Source: a virus (Duplodnaviria > Caudoviricetes). Taken from it: a stretch of 35,230 nt of DNA. A program made the position numbers and the translations under genes. Location: IMG/VR virus record IMGVR_UViG_3300016649_000574, positions 1-35,230 of that record; one strand, written 5' to 3'. Below are positions 18,993 to 28,444 of this stretch, one piece after another (the first letter of the stretch is position 1; the number at the start of each line of letters is the position of its first letter). The notes under the pieces are model-generated. The model saw only the letters and a program-made list of their open reading frames with translations. It was not told where the DNA came from and made no database searches.

Positions 18993-20264
18993 CTAAACCC
19001 CGCTGGGTGCGGGGTTTGTTTGGCCAAGTTGGGTAAGCGGTACGTTCTGCGACTGCCGGGTGGCGACGTCGCCACCAGCAACGGGTGGCCGGTTGTTGAC
19101 TCGCCTACCTTCGTTGATCGTCAGCAAGCCGGTATCAACCAGCGTTTTCATGTAGTTCGCCCTGGCGGTAGAGTCGCCACTGAGAAGGCCGTCGCGGTTG
19201 TGCTCAGCATGAACGCGGCCAAGGTCAGAGCGCTTTACCAGCCAGCGCAGGATGCTGCACTCCCAGATCTCCAAGTAGGGATCAAGCGCGTACTGTAGGA
19301 AACCGAGGTTCTGTTGCTCGATACCGGAGCCCCAACTGGTGGACTTTTCAACATCACCCACAAGGTGGGGAGGCACGCCGAAGAATCTGGCAAGCTCGCT
19401 AACCTGAAATTTCCGCGCTGCCATCGTTTCAGCGTCCTGCGGGCTCACACCAATAGCCTGGGTGGTAAAACCGCCCTCGAGGATCCACAGCCGCTTTTTC
19501 ACCGGCCCGCCGGATATCTCCTTGAAGTTCTCTTCAACCTGAGCGCGTTGTTCTTTATTGAGAACCTTGCCATCACCGGTCATCAGCAACTGTGGAGACT
19601 TTGCCCCGTTCGCATAGAAGTCTCGCTGCTGATCCTCCATGGCCACCGCGACACCTGCGCTCTTCGCAGCAAATGCGATCGGCGAAAGTCCTACGAGACC
19701 ATTAAAACCGAAACCCTTGAGGTGAAAGATTTCTGCTTGCTTGAAGTCCGCATACTCATTGTCGCGACGATATCGATACACAACCTTGCGGCCTTCAAGC
19801 CTGACGTCCATGTTGGCTGAAAGAAGCGGGACAAGACTGATCACATCTCCGGTGCTGTTCCGCTCGATCAGTGCGTAAGCGTTGCCGTAATAGCAGAGCT
19901 GCATCGTCATCGAAACGCGGAAGTCGAAGGCGGTCATGAAAGAGTTGGGGCTATACCGCAGCAACCGCGCCAGAGGATTATTGAGATCCGCCTTTCTGCG
20001 GTCATCACCCGTTGTTTCAAATACATCCAAGGGCATGCACGCGGTTACGCTGGAAATCAGCCTTACACATGCGAACACAGTGGATATTTGGAGCGAACGT
20101 TCATCGTTGACTACCGAATCACCCACTACACCCTGGGCTGACACGGGGCCTGTCTGCGAACCTTTTTCCGGTGTGACAAGGCGGCCGCCGACAAAGAAGC
20201 TCGCCATACGCGCCCAGAAGGGACTGCGCGTGCGCAGGTCGATGCTGTAGTCGGTATCTGCCAT
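18993..20264 (-). CDS. Portal protein, HK97 family
   Basis: VFACVRLIS, GNAYALI, GLSPI, ARFFGVPPHLVG motifs. Confidence 0.95.
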   Translation of the reverse strand: MADTDYSIDLRTRSPFWARMASFFVGGRLVTPEKGSQTGPVSAQGVVGDSVVNDERSLQISTVFACVRLISSVTACMPLDVFETTGDDRRKADLNNPLARLLRYSPNSFMTAFDFRVSMTMQLCYYGNAYALIERNSTGDVISLVPLLSANMDVRLEGRKVVYRYRRDNEYADFKQAEIFHLKGFGFNGLVGLSPIAFAAKSAGVAVAMEDQQRDFYANGAKSPQLLMTGDGKVLNKEQRAQVEENFKEISGGPVKKRLWILEGGFTTQAIGVSPQDAETMAARKFQVSELARFFGVPPHLVGDVEKSTSWGSGIEQQNLGFLQYALDPYLEIWECSILRWLVKRSDLGRVHAEHNRDGLLSGDSTARANYMKTLVDTGLLTINEGRRVNNRPPVAGGDVATRQSQNVPLTQLGQTNPAPSGV

Positions 20265-21985
20265 TACATGCTCATCGGTCTGGAAAGGAAGTCGTCGACA
20301 GAACCTTGCACCTCGGCGTTCGCCAGAATGCGGCCTATCGTCATGATCAGCGCGACAGCGCCATCGATCTTGTTGTCATCGCCCTGCTTGATGGGACGCA
20401 CCACATCATCGTTGCCCGGCAAGTTTTTGCCGATCACGTTGCCGACACACCAGGTCATGATGGGATTTCCGTCGTGATGGAAACGGCCAGCCTCTATCGC
20501 GGCCTCCAGCTCTTTCATCGGATCCGACATGTTGGTGTAGTTCTGTGTGATCGTGACTGGATTGAAACCTTGGTCATCAAGGTCATGGCTCAGGCCTGTC
20601 GCGCCATGAGGGTCAATCGGGCACTCGCGTACCGGGGCTAGGTGGTTCGCCTCCTTGGTGTCCTCAAGGATCTCGCGGTAGTCGACCTCCGCACCGTCGG
20701 TCACATCCAGATGCTTGGAGTGAATCCATGCCTGGAAGCGCTCAGCCATTCGCTTGTTATCAGTGTTGAAGGCGGTGTCATATGGAACCCAGAACTTCGG
20801 CGCAATGCTGTAGTAGTGGTTCTTCCCGTCAATAACGCGCCAGAACAGCCTGGCCCTTGAGTTCATGTCGAGCTTGCGCGCCAGGTCGAAACCGGCGATC
20901 CACTCCTGCCCCTCGAACTGCTCCAGGGTCAGCGACGTGTCTTCACATGCCTTCCAGCTTTCCATGTTGTAGAAGCCGGCCTTGGCGCTTACCCAGAGGT
21001 TGAGGTGCTTCGTTTTGAAGGTGTTGGCAAAGCGGGCCGAGCGAATGGCTCGGGCCTGCTGACTCTCCAAGTACTCCTGAAATACCGAGACGCCATGGTT
21101 CGGGTTGGCCTTGGCCAGCATCTTCGGATCGGTCCAGTCGTCGCCCTCATCGAGTGTCCAGATCCAACCGAACAACTCCTCATCCGGCACAGTACCCGCC
21201 AGCATCTCTACGACCTGGCGGCGCTTGTCGTAGCATGGGCCTTCAATATCGGCGCCGGCGGTTGTGATGATGAACATCAATGGCTGACGCCGCGCGCCCA
21301 TACCGGTGAGCATGGTGTCGTACTGCGCCGACGATGGATGCTCATGGTATTCGTCGACAATGGCGCAACTGGGTGACGCGCCGTCGCCGGGGTTTCCGAT
21401 CAGGGGTTCGAAGCGGCTGAAGTCGAAAGGGATGTTCATGTTCGAGGCGTTTACCTCGATGCCGGCGGCCTGAATCAGCATTGGCGATTTGCTGACCATG
21501 AGCTTGGCAGGTCTGAAAACCTCCCAGGCTTGCTTCTCAGTGGTCGCGCCGGCGTAAACTTCGGCACCGAATTCGCCATCGGCGACGAACATGCTGATGC
21601 CCACGCCACCGGCAACAACCGATTTGCCGTTCTTCCTGGGCACTTCCCAGTAGCTTTCACGGAACCGACGATGCCCGCCCTTCTTCTTCACCCAGCCGAA
21701 TGTCACGGCCAGGCCGAAAAGCTGCCAAGGCTCCAGCGTGATCAGCTGACGCTTGAATGCCCACTCGCCCTTGGTATGCGGGAGCAGTTGCATCAGCTTG
21801 AGCTTTTTCTCTGCCTTCGCTGGGTCGAACTTGAAACGGAACCCGCGCTTGCGGCTGGCCGCCAGGTCGTCGAAGTGCCGCTGCACTGCCTGATGGATAT
21901 AACGGCACGCCGGCACCTTACCGCGGAGCAATGAACGGCCCCACGCCATTGCCTTGTCGACATTGGGGTGGGCAGATTTGGTCAT
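20264..21985 (-). CDS. terL: Terminase large subunit
   Basis: Walker A PRKNGKS, Walker B IVDEYH, ITTAG, nuclease GFDLA and KIDGAVA. Confidence 0.96.
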   Translation of the reverse strand: MTKSAHPNVDKAMAWGRSLLRGKVPACRYIHQAVQRHFDDLAASRKRGFRFKFDPAKAEKKLKLMQLLPHTKGEWAFKRQLITLEPWQLFGLAVTFGWVKKKGGHRRFRESYWEVPRKNGKSVVAGGVGISMFVADGEFGAEVYAGATTEKQAWEVFRPAKLMVSKSPMLIQAAGIEVNASNMNIPFDFSRFEPLIGNPGDGASPSCAIVDEYHEHPSSAQYDTMLTGMGARRQPLMFIITTAGADIEGPCYDKRRQVVEMLAGTVPDEELFGWIWTLDEGDDWTDPKMLAKANPNHGVSVFQEYLESQQARAIRSARFANTFKTKHLNLWVSAKAGFYNMESWKACEDTSLTLEQFEGQEWIAGFDLARKLDMNSRARLFWRVIDGKNHYYSIAPKFWVPYDTAFNTDNKRMAERFQAWIHSKHLDVTDGAEVDYREILEDTKEANHLAPVRECPIDPHGATGLSHDLDDQGFNPVTITQNYTNMSDPMKELEAAIEAGRFHHDGNPIMTWCVGNVIGKNLPGNDDVVRPIKQGDDNKIDGAVALIMTIGRILANAEVQGSVDDFLSRPMSM

Positions 21986-22470
21986 CAGGTTCTCAGCAGG
22001 TTGGCAAATTCGTTGGTTTCTTTCTCCTTGTTGCCGCCGATCAGGCGTGTGCGGCTGGCCGGATCCAGGCCCAGCATCGAGCCGAACGTCACCATTTGGC
22101 GCATCGTTTCGTTTGCGGCGGTAAGTGCAGGATTCTTCATGGGGCCGCCGGTAGCGCCGGTAACGACGATGCCATGCTGCTGGATCGATTCCTGCGCGAG
22201 CCGCCAGTTGTCGTAGGCGCTACAGAAAGCCTCGACATTGTGCAGGTCAGTGATCGCCACCACGTTTTCACGCAGCAGCTCAGGGACAATCATGTTCCAC
22301 ATGGTGGCAGCGCGCGGGCTGAACCACTCGGGTGGGTCGATCTGGGTGATCTTGGAAAACTGTGGCTCGGCTGTATTCAGCGCACGCTTGCCAGGGTTTC
22401 CGGCGAGTGCTTTTTTGGCCGTTGGCTTGGGTTTGCGACCACGGCCGGCGACCGTGGCGGTGCCTCCCAT
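21985..22470 (-). CDS. terS: Terminase small subunit, P27 family
   Basis: GRKPKPT...GNPGKR, KNPA, GLDPASR motifs. Confidence 0.93.
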   Translation of the reverse strand: MGGTATVAGRGRKPKPTAKKALAGNPGKRALNTAEPQFSKITQIDPPEWFSPRAATMWNMIVPELLRENVVAITDLHNVEAFCSAYDNWRLAQESIQQHGIVVTGATGGPMKNPALTAANETMRQMVTFGSMLGLDPASRTRLIGGNKEKETNEFANLLRT

Positions 22471-22485
22471 CGCGCAACTCCTGAA

Positions 22486-22570
22486 TTTTTAATTTCGCGG
22501 GTGTAAGAAAAAGGCCAAGGGGACGGTCTAGCTACCGAAAACCCCAGACTTTTGACCCTCCCCCTACCCA
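22486..22570 (-). other. Putative cos packaging site region
   Basis: Between HNH and terS; - strand GGGGGAGGGTCAAAAGTCTG...GACCGTCCCCTTGG...CCCGCGAAATTAAAA resembles cos regions of HK97-like phages. Confidence 0.65.
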
Positions 22571-22605
22571 TATGAGAATCGCGATCATTTGAGCGAGATT
22601 TCCGT

Positions 22606-23001
22606 TCAATTTGCACGGTTTCTCGATGGGTTTCCCCAGCCGCCGTCCTCAGACGCTGTCTTCCTGCTGTGGCAAGGGTGGCAAAGGGATTGCCAGTTCG
22701 AGCTATCCCAGAACACGCCCATGTCGCCTTTGTGGGGGACGACGTGATCGAGGTCAGTGGCAGCAACCACGAGACCTTGGCGCTCGCACTCGACACAGAG
22801 CGGATGCTTGGTCAGGTACGCCTTGCGCGCTTGCTGCCACTTATAGCTGTAGCCGCGCTGGGCGCTGGTGTCGCGTTGCCGCTCCTTGCGCTTTGCTTCG
22901 GCGCTCTTACCGATATCCGCATGGTCATCACAGTAGCGAGGGTTGCGAGTAAGGACATTGCAGCCCTGTGCGTTGCATGGCTTCTTTGGCCTCAAAGGCA
23001 T
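22606..23001 (-). CDS. Terminase-associated HNH endonuclease (HK97 gp74-like)
   Basis: PLCVEC, DHVVPH, NWQSLCHPCHSRKT motifs. Confidence 0.92.
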   Translation of the reverse strand: MPLRPKKPCNAQGCNVLTRNPRYCDDHADIGKSAEAKRKERQRDTSAQRGYSYKWQQARKAYLTKHPLCVECERQGLVVAATDLDHVVPHKGDMGVFWDSSNWQSLCHPCHSRKTASEDGGWGNPSRNRAN

Positions 23002-23019
23002 AACCGCATCTACTCCGAA

Positions 23020-23337
23020 TCATTGAGCCGCTCGACTGAGCGCTTCGTCTGCCTTGTCTGCGGCATGAGCCGCAGTTGTTGCGGCCTTCGATGCCTTGTC
23101 GGCAGCGGTGCCGGTCTTGCGGGTCAGCTCTCCAAGACGCTTGTCCCGCTCCTCCATGGCTGTGTCATAGGCCTTGCGAATGTCTTCGACCTGCTTGCCC
23201 TGCTTATCCGCGAGCGACCAGTAGCTGACCTGGTAGCCAAGCACAGCACCACCACCAACCAACAACACGGCAATGGCCCAGACCTCAGCCCGCCTCCACC
23301 ACCGGCGGGCAATGAATTCCAGTGCGCATCTATCCAT
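23020..23337 (-). CDS. Membrane-anchored protein, possibly lysis-associated
   Basis: One TM helix plus Ala-rich coiled tail; TAATG coupling to the upstream gene. Confidence 0.6.
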   Translation of the reverse strand: MDRCALEFIARRWWRRAEVWAIAVLLVGGGAVLGYQVSYWSLADKQGKQVEDIRKAYDTAMEERDKRLGELTRKTGTAADKASKAATTAAHAADKADEALSRAAQ

Positions 23338-23708
23338 TAGGCGATACCTCCAAGCTTGGTGCGCAGACGGGTGATCTCTTCGCTCTGCAGCGTTACGCGC
23401 TCAGTGAGCTGCCCTACCTGACTGGTGAGTGCTTCGATCTTCCCTTCCATGCGACCCACTGCGGCAGCGAGATCGTTACGCTCTTTCGCGAATTGATCAG
23501 CGCGGGCCTCTGCCTCTTTACGTGCGGCGCGTTCTTGATTAAGTAGCTCGTTGAGCCGGCGCAGTGTGCCGATGTCGGCACTATCCATAGCTCGGTCTGT
23601 TGCGTCCTTCGAGAGAAACTTGCGAAGCCAGAGAAGGCCGCCAAGTACGACAGTGGCACTACCGCCCAGCCAGGTAGCCGTGCCCGGGCCGAGGTCAGTA
23701 GGATCCAT
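23337..23708 (-). CDS. Putative holin-like protein (N-terminal TM + coiled coil)
   Basis: First late-operon gene; GGAG RBS; single TM; no other holin candidate in the window. Confidence 0.5.
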   Translation of the reverse strand: MDPTDLGPGTATWLGGSATVVLGGLLWLRKFLSKDATDRAMDSADIGTLRRLNELLNQERAARKEAEARADQFAKERNDLAAAVGRMEGKIEALTSQVGQLTERVTLQSEEITRLRTKLGGIA

Positions 23709-23720
23709 TTGTTTCTCCCA

Positions 23721-23751
23721 AAAAACAAAAACCCAGCGCGATGGCTGGGTT
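23721..23751 (-). terminator. Intrinsic terminator ahead of the late operon
   Basis: AACCCAGC/GCTGGGTT stem followed by TTTTGTTTTT on the - strand. Confidence 0.7.
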
Positions 23752-23769
23752 AAATAACATCTCGGAAAC

Positions 23770-23797
23770 AAAAAACCCGGCTAAAGGGCCGGGTTTT
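23770..23797. terminator. Bidirectional terminator closing the ClpP-like moron
   Basis: AAAACCCGGC/GCCGGGTTTT stem with A/T runs on both sides. Confidence 0.8.
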
Positions 23798-23813
23798 ATT
23801 ATCGCAAAAAAGC

Positions 23814-23987
23814 TTACCGGCCTCGAGCGACCAGCTTGGGAGTTTCAATACCCCGTTGTACGCAGACCTGCTGCAGATTGGCATCCGCTTCCTTAAAACG
23901 ACGCAGTTGCTCCAGCGAAATATCAAGGTTTGGCTTGATATCGCTATCGCTATTGAAAGCCTTATTGCTCAGCGCGAACGTCTTCAT
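23814..23987 (-). CDS. 57-aa hypothetical protein, partner of the ClpP-like protease
   Basis: AAGGAG RBS, ATG at 23987; overlaps the protease 3' end by 26 nt. Confidence 0.65.
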   Translation of the reverse strand: MKTFALSNKAFNSDSDIKPNLDISLEQLRRFKEADANLQQVCVQRGIETPKLVARGR

Positions 23988-24618
23988 GTGTTGCTCCTTG
24001 GTCGGGGAAAACGGGAAAGACAACGTCTTTGTTCCCGTAGTACGCCTCTTTCATGTGTTGCAGGTGATGCCTGAAGGCTACATCTTCAAAAACAAGGCTT
24101 GCATCGCTGAGACTAGACCATCCCAATCGGTGCAAAAGAGAGTCGAAGAGATCATCGAACACCTTGATCTTGGCCATCAGGGAGACCTTGACGGGATCGT
24201 TGTCCTTCATACTCTCGGCGAAACAATAGTAATCGCTGTTCTCGCCGCACTGCTGCCGAGGCCTGTGATACATCAGCACCGCAGGCTTCAATGGCATCAG
24301 CGATTTAACATGTGGAGCTCGCCATAGCCAGAACCACAACCACAACATTGCTGCAGCGCTCATCAGATATCGACCGATTGTGATCTCAACTTGAGCTTTC
24401 GTATGGACGATAGCACTAATCAGCGCAAACAAAGCATCGACTTCACCACCAGCGTTATGGCGGATGTGAATCTCTATCAGATCGCCATCTACAGCACGGT
24501 TAAGCTGATCAATCAGCGGTATTACGGTATCGACACTCACAATATTCGTAAGTTCTACGACGTTTCGCTCCGGCTCGTCATTTGCAGCCGAAACCGCCGC
24601 GATCGCTCCACCATCCAT
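23962..24618 (-). CDS. Divergent ClpP/crotonase-fold serine protease
   Basis: IHIRHNAGGEV (cf. INSPGG.V), YLMS87AAA, VLMYH118RP (cf. IMIHQP), NKD198VVF (cf. ERD.F). Confidence 0.7.
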   Translation of the reverse strand: MDGGAIAAVSAANDEPERNVVELTNIVSVDTVIPLIDQLNRAVDGDLIEIHIRHNAGGEVDALFALISAIVHTKAQVEITIGRYLMSAAAMLWLWFWLWRAPHVKSLMPLKPAVLMYHRPRQQCGENSDYYCFAESMKDNDPVKVSLMAKIKVFDDLFDSLLHRLGWSSLSDASLVFEDVAFRHHLQHMKEAYYGNKDVVFPVFPDQGATHEDVRAEQ

Positions 24619-24654
24619 ATAGATTTTTTTCCCTAAAACATAAATCGGCGAGCG

Positions 24655-24683
24655 ATTCTAAGGTCAATCTACAGGCGCCGCAA
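24655..24683 (-). promoter_or_regulatory. Putative sigma70 promoter of the ClpP-like moron
   Basis: TTGCGG-N17-TAGAAT on the - strand, downstream of tR'. Confidence 0.55.
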
Positions 24684-24708
24684 TATCATTTCGCCATCTG
24701 CCGATCGC

Positions 24709-24736
24709 AAAAAGCCCGACACAAAGGTCGGGCTTT
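24709..24736 (-). terminator. tR'-like terminator
   Basis: AAAGCCCGAC/GTCGGGCTTT stem plus T-run, about 45 nt after the pR' -10. Confidence 0.8.
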
Positions 24737-24780
24737 CGTAGCCCCCTGCTCATAATGCGCAAGAGAGACATGATGGGGTT

Positions 24781-24809
24781 AATTTACGGCCAGTCGGCCA
24801 ATGGGTCAA
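24781..24809 (-). promoter_or_regulatory. Late promoter pR'-like
   Basis: TTGACC-N17-TAAATT; -35 overlaps the antiterminator stop codon; TGGCCG direct repeat in the spacer. Confidence 0.75.
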
Positions 24810-25369
24810 GCCGCATCTACAAAGATTTGCTCACTGTCGAATATTTCAGTCGCGTGGATGACAGCCTGCTCTTCGAGCTTCTCCAACCGCTTGTGGATTC
24901 CGCCGCGCCAGTTGCGGCGCGTCCGCTCCGGGGAACCAGCCAGATCCCATGTGTTCATGTCGTAGAACTCAGCAGGCAGCACGATCATGTCGGTGGAGCG
25001 CTTGCCGACCTGAACACCCTTCAACTTGGGTATGGCCCAGGCCGTCAGTGCCTTATAGATGAACAGCTGCGGCGCCGGTGAAACCATGCGAGCGACCAGC
25101 CTGCCGATAGCACCGACCTTGTTTGCCTTGTGCGTGGAGTACTTGGCCACCAGCACATCCCACTGGGCCGGGTCGAGCTGACGGTGCAGCAACGCATAGA
25201 GGCAGCAGTCGTAATCGAACTTGTCCCGGACCGACAGCGTGCTGCCCGTGCCGCCTTTGCGCAGATCGGCGTCGATTAACTTCTGCCATGACTGCTTGGT
25301 GCTGTTGTCGATGTTGTCTGCTGCCAGAACCCGCACCAGGGTGCCCATCACGTCCTTATACATAGCCAT
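24806..25369 (-). CDS. Late antiterminator (Q-position, AlpA-like)
   Basis: Directly precedes pR'/tR'; C-terminal HTH-like SPERTRRNWR...; architecture resembles Pseudomonas AlpA. Confidence 0.65.
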   Translation of the reverse strand: MAMYKDVMGTLVRVLAADNIDNSTKQSWQKLIDADLRKGGTGSTLSVRDKFDYDCCLYALLHRQLDPAQWDVLVAKYSTHKANKVGAIGRLVARMVSPAPQLFIYKALTAWAIPKLKGVQVGKRSTDMIVLPAEFYDMNTWDLAGSPERTRRNWRGGIHKRLEKLEEQAVIHATEIFDSEQIFVDAA

Positions 25370-25372
25370 GGC

Positions 25373-25690
25373 TCAATCCCCTGTGTAGTTGGTGCCGCCG
25401 GCGCCGCGGCGGTTGTTCTGTTCGTATTGTTCATGGGCACCACCGATGACCTTGCGCGCCCTGGCGATCTCCCCCATCGCATCTCGCAACCTTGCGTTGA
25501 GCACCTGCACGACATCGATAAGCGGCAAGGTCTTCAGGGTATGGCCACACACCCAGCCCGAGGCGTGACAGTTTTCGCAGGTCATCTGGTGGAATACACC
25601 GGTGAAAATTCCGGTGCCTCGGCAGACGTTGCACTCAACGATGAACTTCAACTCCCGGCGAAAGGCGGGTCCATGCTGCTTTTTCATCAT
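25373..25690 (-). CDS. Zn-finger hypothetical protein (two CxxC)
   Basis: CNVCRGTG...CENCHASG; GAGG RBS before ATG 25690. Confidence 0.7.
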   Translation of the reverse strand: MMKKQHGPAFRRELKFIVECNVCRGTGIFTGVFHQMTCENCHASGWVCGHTLKTLPLIDVVQVLNARLRDAMGEIARARKVIGGAHEQYEQNNRRGAGGTNYTGD

Positions 25691-25706
25691 TTTTAAACCT
25701 CGCCTT

Positions 25707-26987
25707 TTATGGTTTCTGGATTTGGCTAGAGGCCGCGCCATTCATGGCCACGGCGTCATTGTGCGAATTTCCGTTTCTAGTCATGGTCGAGCGGTGAATG
25801 AGGTTGAAACCCTTCCCGTCTAACCAGTCGTGCCACTTCACCAACGCCTCGCGCTTGAGCAGTTCGGCCGACGTGTGAATGTAGGTCTGCACGTTGCGGG
25901 TCAGCGTGTGATTCACCAGCATCTCGCCGATGAGGAAGTCGACGCCCAGGTCTGTCCACCCGGTTCGGGCCACCTTGCGCAGGTCGTGGCTCGTCCACTC
26001 ACCCTTGCCCAGCCTGGTGAATACTGCGCATGCCTGACTGTCACTGATCGGCCCACGGCCCCGCGCCGGGAACACGTAGGTTCCCTTGTAGCCTTTGGCT
26101 GACTGCCAGTCCCGGTACCGCCCCAGCAGGGCGCACACCTGGTGGGTCAGCGGCAAGTGATGCTCGCAGCGCGTCTTGGTGTTCTCGGTGGGAATAAACC
26201 ACTCGCCCTGCTCGCCCAGGGTGAAGTGGGACCACTGCGCTTGCCTGGTCTCGCCAGCGCGGGTGCCGTGGCAAAGCATCATCAGGGCCAGCATGCAGTC
26301 CTGCGGGTGATGGTCGAAGCAGGCAGCCAGTTCGCCGATCACTTCCTCGAGCTGTACGGCGCGCAGACGAGACGGCTTCGGCTGAATGCGGGCCTTGGTG
26401 AAGTCGGTGAACTTGAACCCAGCGATGGGGTTGGTGGTGATCAGGCGCAGCTTCTCGGCCTGGCGGAACGCGACCACAAGCACACCCCACATCAGACGAA
26501 CATAGGACAGGGACATTTCAGCCTGCATCGGCCACATCACCAGCTTGTCGAGGGTGGACCGGTCAACGGCCTCCACGGCGACATCAGCAAGCCGCGGCTT
26601 CAGATGACAGGAGATGATCGAGGTGTTGGTAGAGCGGCGCTTGGAGGACAGGCTGCGATCAATGGCCTGACGCGCATTGAACCAGTCCAGCAGGTCGCCA
26701 ACGGTCTGCAGCGTGCCGGCGGCGGCTGACGCTTTTGGGTCGGCCGCCAGGCGCTCGCGAATCTTCGGTAATGCGCCGATCAAGCCCTTCACTGGCAGCT
26801 GAGGAAACGTAGCGATTTTCTCCCACTTGTTACCAGACACCAGATACCAAGTCCCGCGTTCACGGTTTTGGTGGAAACGGAAATAGACGCCCGGGTAGCG
26901 GGCGTCACGCAGATCGCGGATCTGGGCGTTAGCGGCCTGCCGGCGAATCTCCGCATCGGTGAGCAAAGTGAGCATTGTCTGGGTCAT
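25707..26987 (-). CDS. Tyrosine recombinase / integrase
   Basis: Catalytic set: HGTR.GE, ENTKT, HDLR, VNH, QTY; N-terminal arm-binding-like domain. Confidence 0.92.
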   Translation of the reverse strand: MTQTMLTLLTDAEIRRQAANAQIRDLRDARYPGVYFRFHQNRERGTWYLVSGNKWEKIATFPQLPVKGLIGALPKIRERLAADPKASAAAGTLQTVGDLLDWFNARQAIDRSLSSKRRSTNTSIISCHLKPRLADVAVEAVDRSTLDKLVMWPMQAEMSLSYVRLMWGVLVVAFRQAEKLRLITTNPIAGFKFTDFTKARIQPKPSRLRAVQLEEVIGELAACFDHHPQDCMLALMMLCHGTRAGETRQAQWSHFTLGEQGEWFIPTENTKTRCEHHLPLTHQVCALLGRYRDWQSAKGYKGTYVFPARGRGPISDSQACAVFTRLGKGEWTSHDLRKVARTGWTDLGVDFLIGEMLVNHTLTRNVQTYIHTSAELLKREALVKWHDWLDGKGFNLIHRSTMTRNGNSHNDAVAMNGAASSQIQKP

Positions 26988-27415
26988 GCGGCAGCCCTGG
27001 TTTGAGGTTGAAGAAGGTAGGCCCTGATCGCCTCAATAGCGTCGACGTGCCCACGGCAAACGATGGCCAGGTAACCCTGATCGGTCAGCGCCTGCAGGTA
27101 TGCGTCCTGGGCCGGGGAGACGGCGGCGTCATACGGCGCCCTGGCCTTGAATTCGATGTACAGGCCGAAGTAACCGCCGCGGGCCATGGGCAGCACCAGG
27201 TCGGGAACACCGGCCTTCACGCCCTGCTCTTTCAGCTTGATCGCTACCAGCTTGTGCCGGTGCCCACCATTCGGGACGTGGTAGATCAGCTTTGCGGCGA
27301 CTGGGTAGCGCAGGCTGATTTCCTTGATCAGCGCAGCCTGCTCTAGGCCCTCCCGGTCGACAGACTTCGCGCGGGCCGGCCTCGGACTGAATGGCTTAGC
27401 GGTGAACGGCTTCAA
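26984..27415 (-). CDS. VRR-NUC domain nuclease
   Basis: YHVPNGG, GVKAGVPDL, LYIEFK, SPAQ motifs. Confidence 0.9.
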   Translation of the reverse strand: MKPFTAKPFSPRPARAKSVDREGLEQAALIKEISLRYPVAAKLIYHVPNGGHRHKLVAIKLKEQGVKAGVPDLVLPMARGGYFGLYIEFKARAPYDAAVSPAQDAYLQALTDQGYLAIVCRGHVDAIEAIRAYLLQPQTRAAA

Positions 27416-27708
27416 AGCTTCACCCTCCCTTCACGAATAAGGATGTCCTGGGTCCGCATGACGCCCTCGGCCAAATACAAACGAACCTGGTCGCGGGACA
27501 ATTGCACCGGCGCCCGCAGCCGGCCGTCGGCGATGTCGTGGCAATAGCCGCAAGCCCAAGCCGCTTGGAAGTCGTTCGGCTTCATGCCAACGCCGCATGT
27601 GCCGGCCAAGCGGTAGTGCGCCAGGACTGTGGTGGACGGCTCGCAAGAACAGCCAGGGAAGCGCACCTGGCAATCGCGGTCACGCGCGGCTTTGGTGAGC
27701 ATGCTCAT
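27412..27708 (-). CDS. DUF1364/YbcO-like nuclease-domain protein
   Basis: ARDRDCQVR.PG, VLAHYR, GMKPND, AWACGYCHD. Confidence 0.85.
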   Translation of the reverse strand: MSMLTKAARDRDCQVRFPGCSCEPSTTVLAHYRLAGTCGVGMKPNDFQAAWACGYCHDIADGRLRAPVQLSRDQVRLYLAEGVMRTQDILIREGRVKL

Positions 27709-28444
27709 CGCGCCTTCCGATACCGAATCTGGCCATCAACTCTTGGCGAGCCGCCTTGCCGTCAGTTGTGATCCCCATTCTGGCTACCTGAGCAGAGGCG
27801 ACCCGCTCAGTGAGCTCTGAGGCACGTTCCGCGGCTGACTTGTTGCCGTCGTACCCGATGCCGACGGCGATTTCCTCGAGAGGCAGACCCTGTACCAGGC
27901 GGCGAATGGTGATGTCATACGCCCTGTCAAAGACCTTGCTGGCCTTTTCTGGAATCAGGTCACCAAGGTTGTGCATCTCGCACTGGAACGCAGCATGTCG
28001 CACTGCAACGTGGGACCAAGTGCGCGCGCCGAAACGACTTGGGTGTGAGTTTTCGAGCGCCTCACGGAACGCCTTATCGTGGGAAGGAATGCCCAACATC
28101 TCGGGTGTCGGCTGGCACCACTTGATGAACTTGCCGACGCTTGGCGCGAAATCGCCGCCGATCTGGCGGCAGTTCTGCAGTCCGTAGCGGATCTGCTCAA
28201 GGGTCGTGATCCCCGCAACGATGAACGCCTTGATCCAGCTGCGCTTGGCGGCATTCAACGAATCGGCATCAGGCCAAGCCTGTTTCCAAGCCGGGAAAAT
28301 GGCCTGCAATTCTTTGAACAGCGCGTTCACGACGTCGGCGGTGCCTGGCGGCAACTGCTTCGGCTGAACCAGCGCTACCGGTGGTATGTTGCCCATCGTG
28401 CTGAGCAGTTGTTCGGTGCTGCGTGGCTTCTTGTTTTCCATCAC
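27680..28444 (-). CDS. Replication protein P-like helicase loader
   Basis: VNALFKELQAIFPAW, FAPSVGKFIKWC, WSHVAV motifs; follows O. Confidence 0.88.
   Translation of the reverse strand: MMENKKPRSTEQLLSTMGNIPPVALVQPKQLPPGTADVVNALFKELQAIFPAWKQAWPDADSLNAAKRSWIKAFIVAGITTLEQIRYGLQNCRQIGGDFAPSVGKFIKWCQPTPEMLGIPSHDKAFREALENSHPSRFGARTWSHVAVRHAAFQCEMHNLGDLIPEKASKVFDRAYDITIRRLVQGLPLEEIAVGIGYDGNKSAAERASELTERVASAQVARMGITTDGKAARQELMARFGIGRRDEHAHQSRA

Noticed and set aside
22572-22590. Fur-box-like TGAGAATCGCGATCA near cos
   Set aside because: Right half is too degenerate to call
23836-24327. 163-aa + strand ORF in the moron
   Set aside because: Antisense to the ClpP-like gene and partner, which carry motifs and RBS support
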